64,000 bases of DNA, taken from contig CAVZDD010000005.1 of NCBI GenBank assembly GCA_963773945.1, positions 768,503 through 832,502 of the forward strand. The letters are read 5' to 3'. Below, in pieces: positions 36,132 through 46,486 of the stretch; the stretch's first letter is position 1; every line of letters starts with the position of its first letter. This stretch comes from an uncultured Thermoplasmata archaeon. Its GTDB lineage: Archaea; Thermoplasmatota; Thermoplasmata; Lutacidiplasmatales; UBA184. A program made the position numbers and the translations under genes. The notes below the pieces were generated by a model. It was given only the letters and a program-made list of their open reading frames with translations, did not search any database and was not told where the DNA came from.

Positions 36132-37361
36132 ATGGATGTCGACCGAATCCGCCAGGATTTTCCGATCCTCCAACGGACCTTTCACAGCCATCCGCTGGCC
36201 TACCTCGACTCCGCGGCCTCCTCCCAGAAACCGTCGGTCGTAATCGAAGCAGAACGGGAGTTCTATGAACACCGCAACGCCAACGTTCACCGGGGAGTCT
36301 ATAGCCTCTCCGAAGAAGCGACCGATGCCTACGAGAAGGCCCGCGAGCGGATGGCCCGTTTTCTGAACGTGCGGGACCCGGAAGAGATCGTTTTCGTTCG
36401 CGGCACTACGGAGGCCCTCAACGTCGTGGCCTCCGGGCTGGGCCAAACGCGTCTCCGGCAGGGCGGCCGTGTCGTCACTACCGTCATGGAGCATCACTCC
36501 AACATCGTCCCCTGGCACATGCTCCGGGAGCGATCCGGGGTCGACCTCCGGTTCATCGATATTGACGAAGAGGGAGGGCTCAAGCTCGATCAGTACGATT
36601 CCGCCCTCGACCGCACCGCCAAGGTCGTGACGCTCTCCCACGTCTCGAACGTCCTCGGAACCGTCAACCCCGTACGGGAGATCGCCGACCGGGCCCACGC
36701 CGCCGGGGCTCTCGTCGTCGTCGATGCGGCGCAATCCGCTCCGCATCGACCGGTCGATGTCGAAAAGCTCGGCGCCGACTTCGTGGCGTTTTCCGGCCAT
36801 AAGGCCCTCGGACCGATGGGAATCGGGGTATTGTGGGGCCGGGGCGAGCTGCTCCGGGAGCTTCCTCCCTTCATGGGCGGAGGGGAGATGATCCGTTCCG
36901 TCCACACCGACCGGGTGGATTACGCGGACCCGCCCGCCCGATTCGAAGCCGGTACCCCGAATGTCGCCGGGGCCGTGACCCTCTCCGTCGCGCTTGACTA
37001 TCTGGAACGGGTCGGTTGGGAAGAGCTGGCAGCCCACGAACGCGCCCTTCTCGAGCGGGCCGTCCGAATCGCCAGCGACCGTTTCCCGGACACGATCCGC
37101 ATCTATGGGCCTTCCATCTCTTCAGGGCATGAGTCTGTGCTCTGCTTCTCTTTGAAGGGGGTTCACCCGCACGACGTGGCATCGATCCTCGACCAGGAGG
37201 GCATAGCGATCCGCAGCGGCCATCACTGTGCGCAACCGCTCATGGAGCGCCTCGGGGTGCCGGCGCTCTGTCGCGCCAGCGTCTACCTCTACAATACGCC
37301 AGAGGAGATCGACCGGCTCTTCGGCGCCCTCGAGAAGGTCCACAAGGTCTTCGCGGTCTGA
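36132..37361 (+). CDS. sufS: Cysteine desulfurase SufS
   Basis: YLDSAASSQKP, MEHHSN, SGHK and RSGHHCAQP motifs. Confidence 0.95.
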   Translation: MDVDRIRQDFPILQRTFHSHPLAYLDSAASSQKPSVVIEAEREFYEHRNANVHRGVYSLSEEATDAYEKARERMARFLNVRDPEEIVFVRGTTEALNVVASGLGQTRLRQGGRVVTTVMEHHSNIVPWHMLRERSGVDLRFIDIDEEGGLKLDQYDSALDRTAKVVTLSHVSNVLGTVNPVREIADRAHAAGALVVVDAAQSAPHRPVDVEKLGADFVAFSGHKALGPMGIGVLWGRGELLRELPPFMGGGEMIRSVHTDRVDYADPPARFEAGTPNVAGAVTLSVALDYLERVGWEELAAHERALLERAVRIASDRFPDTIRIYGPSISSGHESVLCFSLKGVHPHDVASILDQEGIAIRSGHHCAQPLMERLGVPALCRASVYLYNTPEEIDRLFGALEKVHKVFAV

Positions 37362-37457
37362 GCGACAAGGACCCACCGTCAGGGCGGCCCGGGTGTGTCG
37401 GTCCCGGCACTACGCCGCATTTAAATACCGACAGGTGATGGAATTACTGGAGTCGTT

Positions 37458-38870
37458 ATGGCGCAATCTGTTGCCCAGTTCCAGCCCTTGGATTACACGC
37501 GGTACGACTTCAAGAATCCGGAGACGTACAAGGTTCGGACCGCAAAGGGCCTTTCCCGCGAGATCGTCGAGCAGATCTCGAAGATCAAGGAAGAGCCTCA
37601 GTGGATGCTAGACTATCGACTTCGGGCCTACGAGACGTTCGTCGAGAAGCCCATGCCGGACTGGGGGCCGGACCTCTCGGACATCGATTTCGAGGCGTAC
37701 ACGTACTACGCGAACCCGCTCGCCGAGGGGGACACGAAGAAGAGCTGGGACGACCTTCCCGCCGACATCAAGAACACGTTCGACAAGCTCGGGATTCCCA
37801 AGGCCGAGCGCGAGTTCTTCGGCGGCGTTGGGGCCCAGTACGACTCGGGGACGGTCTACCACAAGATCCGGGCGGACCTCCAGGCAAAGGGGGTCATTTT
37901 CACCGACACCGACACCGCGGTGAAGGAGTACCCGGATATCCTGCAGAAGTACTTCGGGAAGATCGTTCCGTTCAACGACAACAAGTTCTCGGCGCTCAAC
38001 TCGGCCGTCTGGTCGGGTGGGAGCTTCGTCTACGTTCCGCCCGGTGTGGACGCCGGCATTCCGCTCCAGGCCTACTTCCGGATCAACGCGAAGAACGTCG
38101 GCCAGTTCGAGCGAACGCTGATCATCGCGGACCGTGGCGCCAAGGTCCACTACATCGAGGGTTGCACAGCGCCCGTCTACTCCACCGATTCCCTGCATGC
38201 CGCCGTCGTCGAGGTGATCGCCGAACCGTACGCCAAGGTTCGGTACACGACGGTGCAGAACTGGTCGAAGAACGTCTACAACCTGGTCACCAAGCGGGCC
38301 GTCGCCGAGGAGGGGGCGCTGGTCGAATGGGTCGACGGCAACATGGGATCCAAGGTGACGATGAAGTATCCTTCCGTCTTCCTCAAGGGGCGGGGCGCGC
38401 GGGCCGATATTCTCTCGGTCGCCTTTGCCTCGCAGGGCCAGATCATCGATTCGGGGGCGAAGGCCGTCCACCTCGCGCCGGACACCTCGAGCAAGATCAT
38501 CTCCAAGTCCATCGCAATCCGAGGCGGCCAGACCAGCTACCGGGGTCTGCTCCGCGTCGCGAAGGGCGCGAGCGGCGTGAAAGCGGCCGTCCGGTGCGAC
38601 GCCTTGCTCCCCGACGAACTGAGCCGGTCGGACACCTACCCCTACAACGAGATTCACGAAGAGGATGCGACGATCACGCACGAGGCCGTGGTCGGCAAGA
38701 TCGGCGAGGAGCAGATCTTCTACCTCATGAGCCGTGGGCTCAACGAGAACGATGCCATCCACCTGATTCTGATGGGCTTCCTCGCCGAGTTCGCGAAGGA
38801 ACTCCCGATGGACTACGCCCTCGAGCTCAACCGGCTGATCCAGCTCGAGATGACCGGCGCGGTCGGCTGA
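37458..38870 (+). CDS. sufB: Fe-S assembly protein SufB
   Basis: GQFERTLI, YIEGCTAP and TMKYPS motifs. Confidence 0.95.
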   Translation: MAQSVAQFQPLDYTRYDFKNPETYKVRTAKGLSREIVEQISKIKEEPQWMLDYRLRAYETFVEKPMPDWGPDLSDIDFEAYTYYANPLAEGDTKKSWDDLPADIKNTFDKLGIPKAEREFFGGVGAQYDSGTVYHKIRADLQAKGVIFTDTDTAVKEYPDILQKYFGKIVPFNDNKFSALNSAVWSGGSFVYVPPGVDAGIPLQAYFRINAKNVGQFERTLIIADRGAKVHYIEGCTAPVYSTDSLHAAVVEVIAEPYAKVRYTTVQNWSKNVYNLVTKRAVAEEGALVEWVDGNMGSKVTMKYPSVFLKGRGARADILSVAFASQGQIIDSGAKAVHLAPDTSSKIISKSIAIRGGQTSYRGLLRVAKGASGVKAAVRCDALLPDELSRSDTYPYNEIHEEDATITHEAVVGKIGEEQIFYLMSRGLNENDAIHLILMGFLAEFAKELPMDYALELNRLIQLEMTGAVG

Positions 38871-38883
38871 GCCGCCGCCGCGT

Positions 38884-40284
38884 CTACCGCAGCTTGGTGT
38901 CGAACCGCCACTCGTTGCCGCTCTGGACGCCGAGCAGCTCGAGCGCCCCCAACGCCGGGTAGCCGCCATCGGTCCAGGCGACCTGGCGACCCTCCCATCG
39001 GGTCGTGAGGTGGGGGTACAGGAAGTCGCGGAGTCCCTCGATCGGGGCGCGGTCGAAGACGTAGGAGAGGAACCCTTCACTGATCATCCGGATGGCGGCT
39101 TGGCGGGGGATGCCCCGGGACTCCAGGTAGAAGATCCGCTCGGGGTCCACCGGCGCCACCGACGAAGAGTGGGTGGCCTTCACGTCGCGGCAGAGGATCT
39201 CGAGCACCGGAATGGTGTCCGAACGAGCGCCCTTGGAGAGGAGCATCGCGTGTTCCGAAAGATAGCTGATGGTCCGGCGGGCCTCCTTTTCCATGCGCGC
39301 CATGCCGCGGCTGACGCCGCGGGATTCGTCGCGGAATACGCCGCGCGTGATCGACTGTCCGTGGGTGTCGGTACCGACGTGCCGTATCTGGACGTAGCTG
39401 TCGTAGGCCTGCTGGTTGTCGCCGTAGAAGGACTGGAGGTCGCTCAGGTCGCCGCCGTTGCCGGTGATATCGGAATAGTTCCGGCTCCGGGTCCGGAATC
39501 CGCCGTATGCGGCGGAAACCCAGGAGAGCTGAGAGTTCGGCCCGACGGTCGCGTTCCGGGAATAGGAGGCCACCACGCGCTCATCCGGCGCGTGGACCGA
39601 AAGGTAGGCCAGCCGCGCCGTATCGCCGGTATCCGCCTGGACGAGCGACCCGTAGTATCGTTGCCCTTCAGCGGCCCCGGTGCTGTAGACCTCCTCGGAG
39701 ACGATCACCCGGGTCTGTTCGCCGGCGTGGATGCGTCGCCGGACCACGAGCGCTTCGGCCGGGCGCGAAAGCACCGTGATGTCTTGCAGACGAACGGTGG
39801 TCGGGCACCGGTCGGGCACCACGAGGTCGAGTCCCCGATTGATGAACGCGGTGCTCAGGGCCTCGAATTTGTCGGTTCGGGAGCCTTTGAGGTCAAGCCC
39901 GTGGAGAAAGGCGGTGGTCGTTTCATCCCCCGCGTGCAGGATCTCCGGCAGGGTGCGGACTCTCGCGCCGGCGCCGCGAAGCTCGGGAGACATCTCGACT
40001 CGAGAACCCGAACCGTCGTGGACGACTCGGATGACCTGCGCGGGAAGCGGCGGCAGGCCCACCGGGGAACCTCCCGAACTGGGGGAAACGCCGGTCAGGT
40101 CGGTGCCCCGGAAGTACGCGTACTTCCGGTACAACGGGTCCGGCTCGATCGGCAGCTCAAGGAAAGCTTCGAAGGCGGTCTTCCGGAGCGCCGCAAAGGC
40201 GGGCGGGTCGTTAAGCTCTTTCGAGAGCCCAGCGACCTGGGATTCCTCGAACCAACGTCCGTACGCAGGGGCGGCGGCGTCCAT
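38884..40284 (-). CDS. sufD: SufD-family protein
   Basis: Beta-helix region; LLSKGARSDTIPVLEILCRDVKATH and FYLESRGI motifs. Confidence 0.88.
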   Translation of the reverse strand: MDAAAPAYGRWFEESQVAGLSKELNDPPAFAALRKTAFEAFLELPIEPDPLYRKYAYFRGTDLTGVSPSSGGSPVGLPPLPAQVIRVVHDGSGSRVEMSPELRGAGARVRTLPEILHAGDETTTAFLHGLDLKGSRTDKFEALSTAFINRGLDLVVPDRCPTTVRLQDITVLSRPAEALVVRRRIHAGEQTRVIVSEEVYSTGAAEGQRYYGSLVQADTGDTARLAYLSVHAPDERVVASYSRNATVGPNSQLSWVSAAYGGFRTRSRNYSDITGNGGDLSDLQSFYGDNQQAYDSYVQIRHVGTDTHGQSITRGVFRDESRGVSRGMARMEKEARRTISYLSEHAMLLSKGARSDTIPVLEILCRDVKATHSSSVAPVDPERIFYLESRGIPRQAAIRMISEGFLSYVFDRAPIEGLRDFLYPHLTTRWEGRQVAWTDGGYPALGALELLGVQSGNEWRFDTKLR

Positions 40285-40289
40285 CGAAT

Positions 40290-40310
40290 ATACGCACAAT
40301 TACGTGTTTA
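40290..40310 (-). promoter_or_regulatory. Candidate SufR operator overlapping the sufD TATA box
   Basis: Minus strand TTATAAACACGTAATTGTGCGTAT; imperfect palindrome CAC-N6-GTG. Confidence 0.45.
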
Positions 40311-40360
40311 TAACTTCAGCGGGGCGGGTCGGGGGGGAATCGATTCTTGGAGGAGATTTA

Positions 40361-40378
40361 GAAAAAAGGGGGAAGGGG
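40361..40378 (-). terminator. Archaeal pyrimidine/T-tract terminator
   Basis: Minus strand CCCCTTCCCCCCTTTTTT after the surface-protein gene. Confidence 0.5.
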
Positions 40379-40417
40379 TTAACGGGGCCAGCGGGGGGGA
40401 ACCGCCGGCCCCTGGGT

Positions 40418-41908
40418 TCAGCGTGCTACTCGCTTCGACCCGCCTCTTTCACCACAGGTTCCCGAGGGGGTCCGAGGGTTGCTGCGGGGGGGCGCGCGGG
40501 GGCGGCGCGAGTTGTCCAGCGGCTCCAGCCGGAACGCGGCCCGACGGGCTCGGGACGCGCACGGGCGGGGGGGCCCGGGGCGCCGGCCGACGGCGACCGC
40601 GAGCACGGCGACCAGAGCCACCAGGCCCACTGCCAACGCGACCAGCTCAAAGAGGGTCGTGTGGAAGAAGCCGTTCTGGTACCAGGGCACGCTCGTCGCC
40701 GCGCAGGACCCGCCGCTGACGAGGGTCGCCGCGCAGGCTTGCGCGGCGGGGACGGTCATCGGCTGGGCCTGGATGTCTCCGCCCGAGGTGGAGGTTGCCA
40801 TCGGGCTGAGGGCTGGAGTCGGGACGGCGCCTGAGACTCCAGGGGCGAACGAGGTGGCGGCCGACACGATGCGGCCGGTGCCCGAGTCGTAGTCGACAGC
40901 GCTGGTGGAAGCTTCGGGGGCAAAGCCGAGGCCTTGTCCGCCGAGCGCCTTGGGGTCGCCGCTGAAGACGTTCCCCATGTGCGGCATGATGATCACGCCA
41001 TCAAACACATCGAAGGGGCCCGAGAGCGAGAGCAACAGGACGTGGGTGTGTTCTTTGTTGTTGAGCTGCAGATCCTGGCCGTATGCACCCAGTAGGGTGA
41101 CGGTGCCGTTGGCCGAGATCGTGCCGCTGGGGTTCCCGCTCGCCTGCGCGTGGGGGCCGATGTACTCCCACGACAGCGCGTAGCTGCCCGACAGGACGAA
41201 AGCGGCCGAACTGTTCCACGTCTCACCGGTGGTCAGGGTGGTGGGGATCAATCCGAGTTCCGGGTCGAACGAGACCTGCGCCTGGGCCGATCCGGTCACG
41301 TTGAAGAACCACTCCGAAGTCAATCCGTGCGGCCCCGTCAGCGTGAGCTTGGAGTGGAGCGCGTCCTGGGTGGCGCCCGAGCCGTTCAGGAAGCCCAACG
41401 CGGGCGTCGCGATATCGTCGACGTAGACGATTCCGTCTCGCGTGAAGTTCCCGAAAGCGGTGCCCATTTCGGAGGCACTCGCCGTGTAGTTCCCGGTCCA
41501 GTTGGCTGCCTTACAGTTGGGCGTGCAGAGGTTCACGGAGAGCTCGGCGGCCGCGGTGCGCTGCGCCTCAAGCTGGAATCCGGTGTTCGTGGAGTTGTTG
41601 GTCTGAGTGACGACGACGGTCCAGCCGTAGAACGCGTGGTACTGGAGTTCGAATCCGTTCCCATTGGAGCCGGTGACAGAGATGTCGCCGGAGACCGTCT
41701 TGGAGCCGCCGTATGCCCATTGCTGGACGGCCGGATTCATCTCGGGTACGAGGGCGATCGAGGCCGCGCTCGAAGCCGCTGGCGCGGAGATTGGGGTCGC
41801 GAACAGGGGCAGCGCGAACAGCATCAGCATGCTCGCAGCCACTACGACCACCGTCGCCAGGACGGGAAGTGTTCGGGACTTGGAGGGCGCTGGGGTCTGT
41901 TCGCTCAT
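40418..41908 (-). CDS. Secreted, C-terminally anchored surface glycoprotein
   Basis: Signal peptide, Ser/Thr/Gly-rich body with many N-x-S/T sites, C-terminal TM. Tail probably frameshifted at G7 (40567-73). Confidence 0.8.
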   Translation of the reverse strand: MSEQTPAPSKSRTLPVLATVVVVAASMLMLFALPLFATPISAPAASSAASIALVPEMNPAVQQWAYGGSKTVSGDISVTGSNGNGFELQYHAFYGWTVVVTQTNNSTNTGFQLEAQRTAAAELSVNLCTPNCKAANWTGNYTASASEMGTAFGNFTRDGIVYVDDIATPALGFLNGSGATQDALHSKLTLTGPHGLTSEWFFNVTGSAQAQVSFDPELGLIPTTLTTGETWNSSAAFVLSGSYALSWEYIGPHAQASGNPSGTISANGTVTLLGAYGQDLQLNNKEHTHVLLLSLSGPFDVFDGVIIMPHMGNVFSGDPKALGGQGLGFAPEASTSAVDYDSGTGRIVSAATSFAPGVSGAVPTPALSPMATSTSGGDIQAQPMTVPAAQACAATLVSGGSCAATSVPWYQNGFFHTTLFELVALAVGLVALVAVLAVAVGRRPGPPRPCASRARRAAFRLEPLDNSRRPRAPPRSNPRTPSGTCGERGGSKRVAR

Positions 41909-42045
41909 TCTTGGTCTGCTCCTGGAGCCTTCCGAGGCTGCCTGGCGAAGAAAATAACGCCGACAGGCTTACATCAAGAAATGTCCAAGGAGGGAGCGCC
42001 CGAATTGGACTCATCGTTACGGGGGAGGGCACGAGGAATGGTTCG

Positions 42046-43110
42046 ATGCGGGCATTGACGGAAGCGGAGGCCCGGCTCATCCGCGCGCTGGTCGCCGCCC
42101 CCGGGGACAGCGAGCGGGAGTTCCTCGAGGAGACCAAGCTCCCCCGTTCCACCTATCATGCCGTCCGCAAGCGCGTGTACGACGAGGGGTGGCTCCGGAT
42201 CCGGTTTCTGCCCCACCCGAGTTGCTTCGATCTTCCGCTGGTGACCATCGTCATCGGGCATCCGTTTGCCGAAAGCGCCGTGGCCTTGATGGAACGCTGG
42301 AGTCAACCCGAATCCAACGTCGTCTTGTGGGGCGGCGCCGGACTGGTGTTCGCGGTCTACCTCCATCGGTCGCGAGAGGAAGCCCGACGATTGACCGCGA
42401 GTCTCGCCGACGAGGCGATGCGACCGCGGAGCTTTTTCCTGACCACGGACACCGGAAGCGGGTCCTTGCCGGTCTACTTCGACTTCGAAGGGGTCTGGTC
42501 TCACCTGGCGGGGATCCCGGGGAGCTCGCAGTACCCCCGATCCCTATCTCCCGCTTATCCTCCGGGAAGTCACCTGCCGACCGGCCCGCCGTCGCCGGGT
42601 CTACGTCGGGCGGCCCGGAACCTCGTCTTACGCCCCATTCTGGCGGATCACGAGGGACGGTCCGGCCACTTCCTGGGACTCCTCGGACTCACCCGTCCGG
42701 AGCACCGGTTGCTCGACGACGGTTGGGTGTTCCGGCGGGTGCTACCGGATTTCCGGGTGGTCCCTCCGTACCGGGACCGGAAGGCCGACCAGGCGGTCTT
42801 CGTCCGCGGTGAGATGCTCGAGGGGAAGGATCCGAATCTGCTGCTGCGAGCGCTGACGGAGAAGTGCCGCGTGTATCCCTTCCTGCTCGCCCACGACGAA
42901 AAGAGCCTGGTCGTGGGGACCGTCGGGCAATCTGGACCCCCGGCGGCCGTTGCGCAAGAGAACCGGCCCTCCGTGATCGGGACCCTGCAGGAATACTTGC
43001 ATCGGATCGAGGTCGACTCGGAGTGGGTGTCCGGACTAACCCCCGTTGTCGACCACCGCTACGATCGGGTGTTGGGCGACGTGCCGGTCAAGACCCACCG
43101 GTCGAAGTAG
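42046..43110 (+). CDS. wHTH-containing hypothetical regulator
   Basis: EREFLEETKLPRSTYHAVRKRVYDEGWL HTH-like N-terminus; divergent from the surface-protein gene. Confidence 0.6.
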   Translation: MRALTEAEARLIRALVAAPGDSEREFLEETKLPRSTYHAVRKRVYDEGWLRIRFLPHPSCFDLPLVTIVIGHPFAESAVALMERWSQPESNVVLWGGAGLVFAVYLHRSREEARRLTASLADEAMRPRSFFLTTDTGSGSLPVYFDFEGVWSHLAGIPGSSQYPRSLSPAYPPGSHLPTGPPSPGLRRAARNLVLRPILADHEGRSGHFLGLLGLTRPEHRLLDDGWVFRRVLPDFRVVPPYRDRKADQAVFVRGEMLEGKDPNLLLRALTEKCRVYPFLLAHDEKSLVVGTVGQSGPPAAVAQENRPSVIGTLQEYLHRIEVDSEWVSGLTPVVDHRYDRVLGDVPVKTHRSK

Positions 43111-43188
43111 GGCGCTCGCCCGCGCGTCGGCCGGTTCTTATAAAGCCCCTCGTGTAACATCGAGCGCGCGCGGGGGAGGGACGGTCCG

Positions 43189-43590
43189 ATGGCTTACGAC
43201 ATGTACCAGGAACGCATCCTTCAACACTATCGCGCCCCGAAGAACTTCGGCCAGCTCGACCATCCGGATTATTCCGGTGAGGAGAGCAACCCGCTGTGTG
43301 GGGACCGCATTCGGATGGAGCTAAAACTCGACCCCAGCAAGGCCAATGTCGCCGAGATCCGCTTCTCGGGGGATGGGTGCGCGATCTCCATGGCGAGTGC
43401 TTCGATGCTTACGCAGAAGCTGGCCGGGCAGCCGCTGGCCGCGGTGGAGAAGGTCACCCGGGATGACGTGCTGCAGCTCGTCGCGATCCCGCTGTCCCCG
43501 GTCCGCATCAAGTGCGCGCTCACGGGGTTCGCTGCACTCGGCCGGGCGCTCCACGGTGGTCCGCCTCCGGACGAGCCCGCCCAGGCCTGA
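43189..43590 (+). CDS. sufU: U-type Fe-S scaffold / sulfur-transfer protein
   Basis: NPLCGD, GDGCAISMASAS and RIKCA motifs. Confidence 0.88.
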   Translation: MAYDMYQERILQHYRAPKNFGQLDHPDYSGEESNPLCGDRIRMELKLDPSKANVAEIRFSGDGCAISMASASMLTQKLAGQPLAAVEKVTRDDVLQLVAIPLSPVRIKCALTGFAALGRALHGGPPPDEPAQA

Positions 43591-43593
43591 AAC

Positions 43594-43809
43594 GTGAGCG
43601 AATCGGCGACGATCCAGGTCGACGCCGGTACGTGTGTGCTCTGTGGCCTGTGCACCGGCGTCTGTCCGCCGAATGCGTTGGAGCTCTCCCCGACTCGGCT
43701 CGTCGTGTTATCGAACTGTACCGGCTGTGGATGGTGCATTCCCTACTGTCCCGTCGGGGCACTCTCCGGGGGACGAGGGACGCCTCCTCGACGAGGCCGC
43801 CGGGGCTGA
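43594..43809 (+). CDS. 2x[4Fe-4S] ferredoxin
   Basis: CVLCGLCTGVCP and CTGCGWCIPYCP. Confidence 0.9.
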   Translation: MSESATIQVDAGTCVLCGLCTGVCPPNALELSPTRLVVLSNCTGCGWCIPYCPVGALSGGRGTPPRRGRRG

Positions 43810-43810
43810 G

Positions 43811-45328
43811 ATGAGCGCCGTCACCCCCTCCGCACAGTCCCCCCCGGCGGATGCGCCCCGGGTCCTCCTCGTCGACCCGTATGTTTCCCGGGAAGATCCG
43901 ATGGAACGGAAGTTCGTCGAGCTCTACCCCTCCCTGGGTATTCTGACTCTCGCCGCCTGGCTCCGGAATCACGGCATCCGGACCGAGGTGACCGACCTCA
44001 CCTTCGCCCGGGACGCCGAGCCCGTGACGCACCAGATTCGAAGATTCCGCCCCCACCTGGTCGGCGTCCACACCAAGACCCTGACGATGCCGCGAGCGCT
44101 GGAGATCGCCGCGCGCGCTCACGCCGAGGGCGTCACCGTCCTCGCGGGCGGCCCCGATTCCGCGACGCGACCGGACCGATACCTCGCGGAGGGGTTCGAC
44201 GCCGTCGTCCCGAGCGAAGGGGAAGCCACGCTCGTGGAGGTCGCTTCGAGAGTCCGTGATGGACAGCCGATCGCCGGGTGCCCGGGCACGGTCGTCCATT
44301 CGGGGAACCGGACCGTCCGAGGCCCGACTCGGCCCTTTCTCCGCGACCTGGACGAGCTGCCGCTGCCCGCGTGGGACCTCATCAACATGGAGGCGTACCT
44401 CGGAGCCTGGCAGGAACGCACCGGCGAACGGCGGGCGGCGATCCTGACCTCCCGCGGCTGTCCGTTCGACTGCTCGTGGTGTTCCAAGCCGACGTTCGGT
44501 CGAACGTACCGACAGCAGTCGGTCGGCCGGGTGCTCGCGGAACTGGACGCGCTGCAATCGCAACACCGGGTCGATTACGTCCGGTTCTGCGACGACGTGT
44601 TCGGTGTCGACCGCCGGTGGCTCGAGGAACTTCTGGACCGGATGATCTCCGACGGGCCGCATCTCCGATTCGAATGTCTGGCTCGCGTGGACCTGCTGAA
44701 GCCGGACCTTCTGGACCGGATGAAGAGGGCCGGCCTCCAGCGAGTCTACCTCGGCGTGGAGTCGGGCAGCCAAAAAATGCTCGACGCCATGAACCGAGGC
44801 ACCCGTCTCGCCCAGATCGAGAAGGTCGCGGCGAGCCTGCGGGCCCACCACGTTCGCCAGTTCTGGTTCCTGATGCTGGGCTACCCGGGCGAGACGCTCG
44901 AGGACATTGAAGCGACGCTCCAACTGTTCCGCCGATTCTCCCCCGAAGAGTACTCGGTCTCGATCGCGGTGCCGGTGCCCGGCACCCGGTTCTACGACGC
45001 GGTGAAGGACCGGCTTCGAGGACGCGCGCGGACCACCAGGGGCTCCGGCGGTGTGTCGCTTCTGTATGAGGCGGCCTATCCGGAATCGATGTATCGCTGG
45101 CAGCAGGTCCGCTTTTCCTGGGAGGCCCGGCTGCGTCGCATCCGAGAGCGCTTCTCTCCGGAAGTCGCGGACCGCCTCTCGCGCGCCGTCGACGAACTCC
45201 ACCGCCGGGTCGCGAAACCGCTGCTGCTCGGCCGGAACGGTACGCAGGAAGCGACCGAACCAGATCTCGTATCCGACCCCTTGCCGATGGTGACCGACAG
45301 CCCATCGAGCGACGGGCGCTCGGTGTGA
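43811..45328 (+). CDS. B12-binding radical SAM enzyme
   Basis: PSLG...GGP B12 domain; SRGCPFDCSWC; GVESGSQ; GYPGET. Confidence 0.9.
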   Translation: MSAVTPSAQSPPADAPRVLLVDPYVSREDPMERKFVELYPSLGILTLAAWLRNHGIRTEVTDLTFARDAEPVTHQIRRFRPHLVGVHTKTLTMPRALEIAARAHAEGVTVLAGGPDSATRPDRYLAEGFDAVVPSEGEATLVEVASRVRDGQPIAGCPGTVVHSGNRTVRGPTRPFLRDLDELPLPAWDLINMEAYLGAWQERTGERRAAILTSRGCPFDCSWCSKPTFGRTYRQQSVGRVLAELDALQSQHRVDYVRFCDDVFGVDRRWLEELLDRMISDGPHLRFECLARVDLLKPDLLDRMKRAGLQRVYLGVESGSQKMLDAMNRGTRLAQIEKVAASLRAHHVRQFWFLMLGYPGETLEDIEATLQLFRRFSPEEYSVSIAVPVPGTRFYDAVKDRLRGRARTTRGSGGVSLLYEAAYPESMYRWQQVRFSWEARLRRIRERFSPEVADRLSRAVDELHRRVAKPLLLGRNGTQEATEPDLVSDPLPMVTDSPSSDGRSV

Positions 45329-45334
45329 AATCCC

Positions 45335-46251
45335 ATGGAAGTCCGGGAATTTGCGAGCGGAGACGGACAGCCGGTCCGCCGGCTCTGGGACGATCTCGGG
45401 GGCTGGTATCGGAACACCTCCCCGGCCTCGAACGGAGACGTGGACCGGGCGATCGGACAACTCTTGCGACAGGCGTTGACGGGCCATGGCCCGCGGCGGG
45501 GGAATCCCGCCGAAGGGGGATGGGTCGCTACCTCCCACGGGTCGATCACCGGGTGGCTGTACGCCCGGGCCGACCCCGAGCAGAATTACATCGTACCCTT
45601 GGTCCCCCCGGAGGACACGACGGGCTCATTTGCGGCCCTGCTCGGCACCGCCCGGGAGTGGTTTCGGAACCAGGAGGCTCGGCGGTTCGTGGTCGACATC
45701 CCCGACGGGCGTCCGGACCTGAGGGCCGTCGCCCAACCGGCGGGACGGGTCCTGTGGCATCGGGCGGTCTTCGACCGGGACCTCAATCCCCTCCCGACCG
45801 CCTCGGCGGTTCGTGCGGCGGTGCGCGAATTCAGCCGGGGGACGTCGCACCCGCGCAGTCCCTCTTCGGTCGGAGGCACCCGGAGACCCCGCCGCCTCCG
45901 ATTCCCGTCGCCTTCCTCCAACTGCGCGGGAGCTGGTTCCGGGACCCGGCGTGGGACTTGCAACGAACGATTTGGATTGCCGGGCCGCGCCAGGACCTTC
46001 TCGGAGTAGCCGGCGGCACGCATCGACCCCGGGCCCCGATCGGATTCCTGGGTCCGTGGGTGCTGTCGGAGGCCGCGAGCCCACCCGTCGCGACGGAACT
46101 CTTGAGTGCCGTGCTCAACTGGTTGCGCGGGGTCAACGCGGAGAGAGTACGCACGACGGTCCCGACCCCTCCGGGGGACGATGCGCAGGCGCTGCTTCGG
46201 GCCGGGTTCACCGCGATGGCGGAAAGCGACCTGTTCGAGCTGAAGGTCTGA
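45335..46251 (+). CDS. Tandem GNAT-like protein, frameshifted near 45832
   Basis: MEVREFASGD start in one frame; QPGDVAPAQ...ALLRAGF in the other. One extra C restores VREFQPGD. Confidence 0.65.
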
Positions 46252-46264
46252 GCCGGGCGGCGGG

Positions 46265-46381
46265 CTAGGATACCGGCCGGCCGTGCGCCGGACACGGCCG
46301 CTTCAGGCGACAGTAGCGGCAGTGCTCGGGCTTGACCGGTGGGATCGGTTTCTGGAGCCGGCCGTACTTCCGACGTGGCAC
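46265..46381 (-). CDS. Small basic Cys/His protein, 38 aa
   Basis: (M)PRRKYGRLQKPIPPVKPEHCRYCRLKRPCPAHGRPVS; CxxC...CxxH. Confidence 0.4.
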   Translation of the reverse strand: MPRRKYGRLQKPIPPVKPEHCRYCRLKRPCPAHGRPVS

Positions 46382-46486
46382 GGTGATCGTTCGCGGGCAG
46401 ACCGGGGAGTGCTCGAGCGCATCGTCGACCCCCGGGGATCTCGAGTATCGGGGAGAGCTTTTGAGCCGCCACGACTGCAAAGGACC

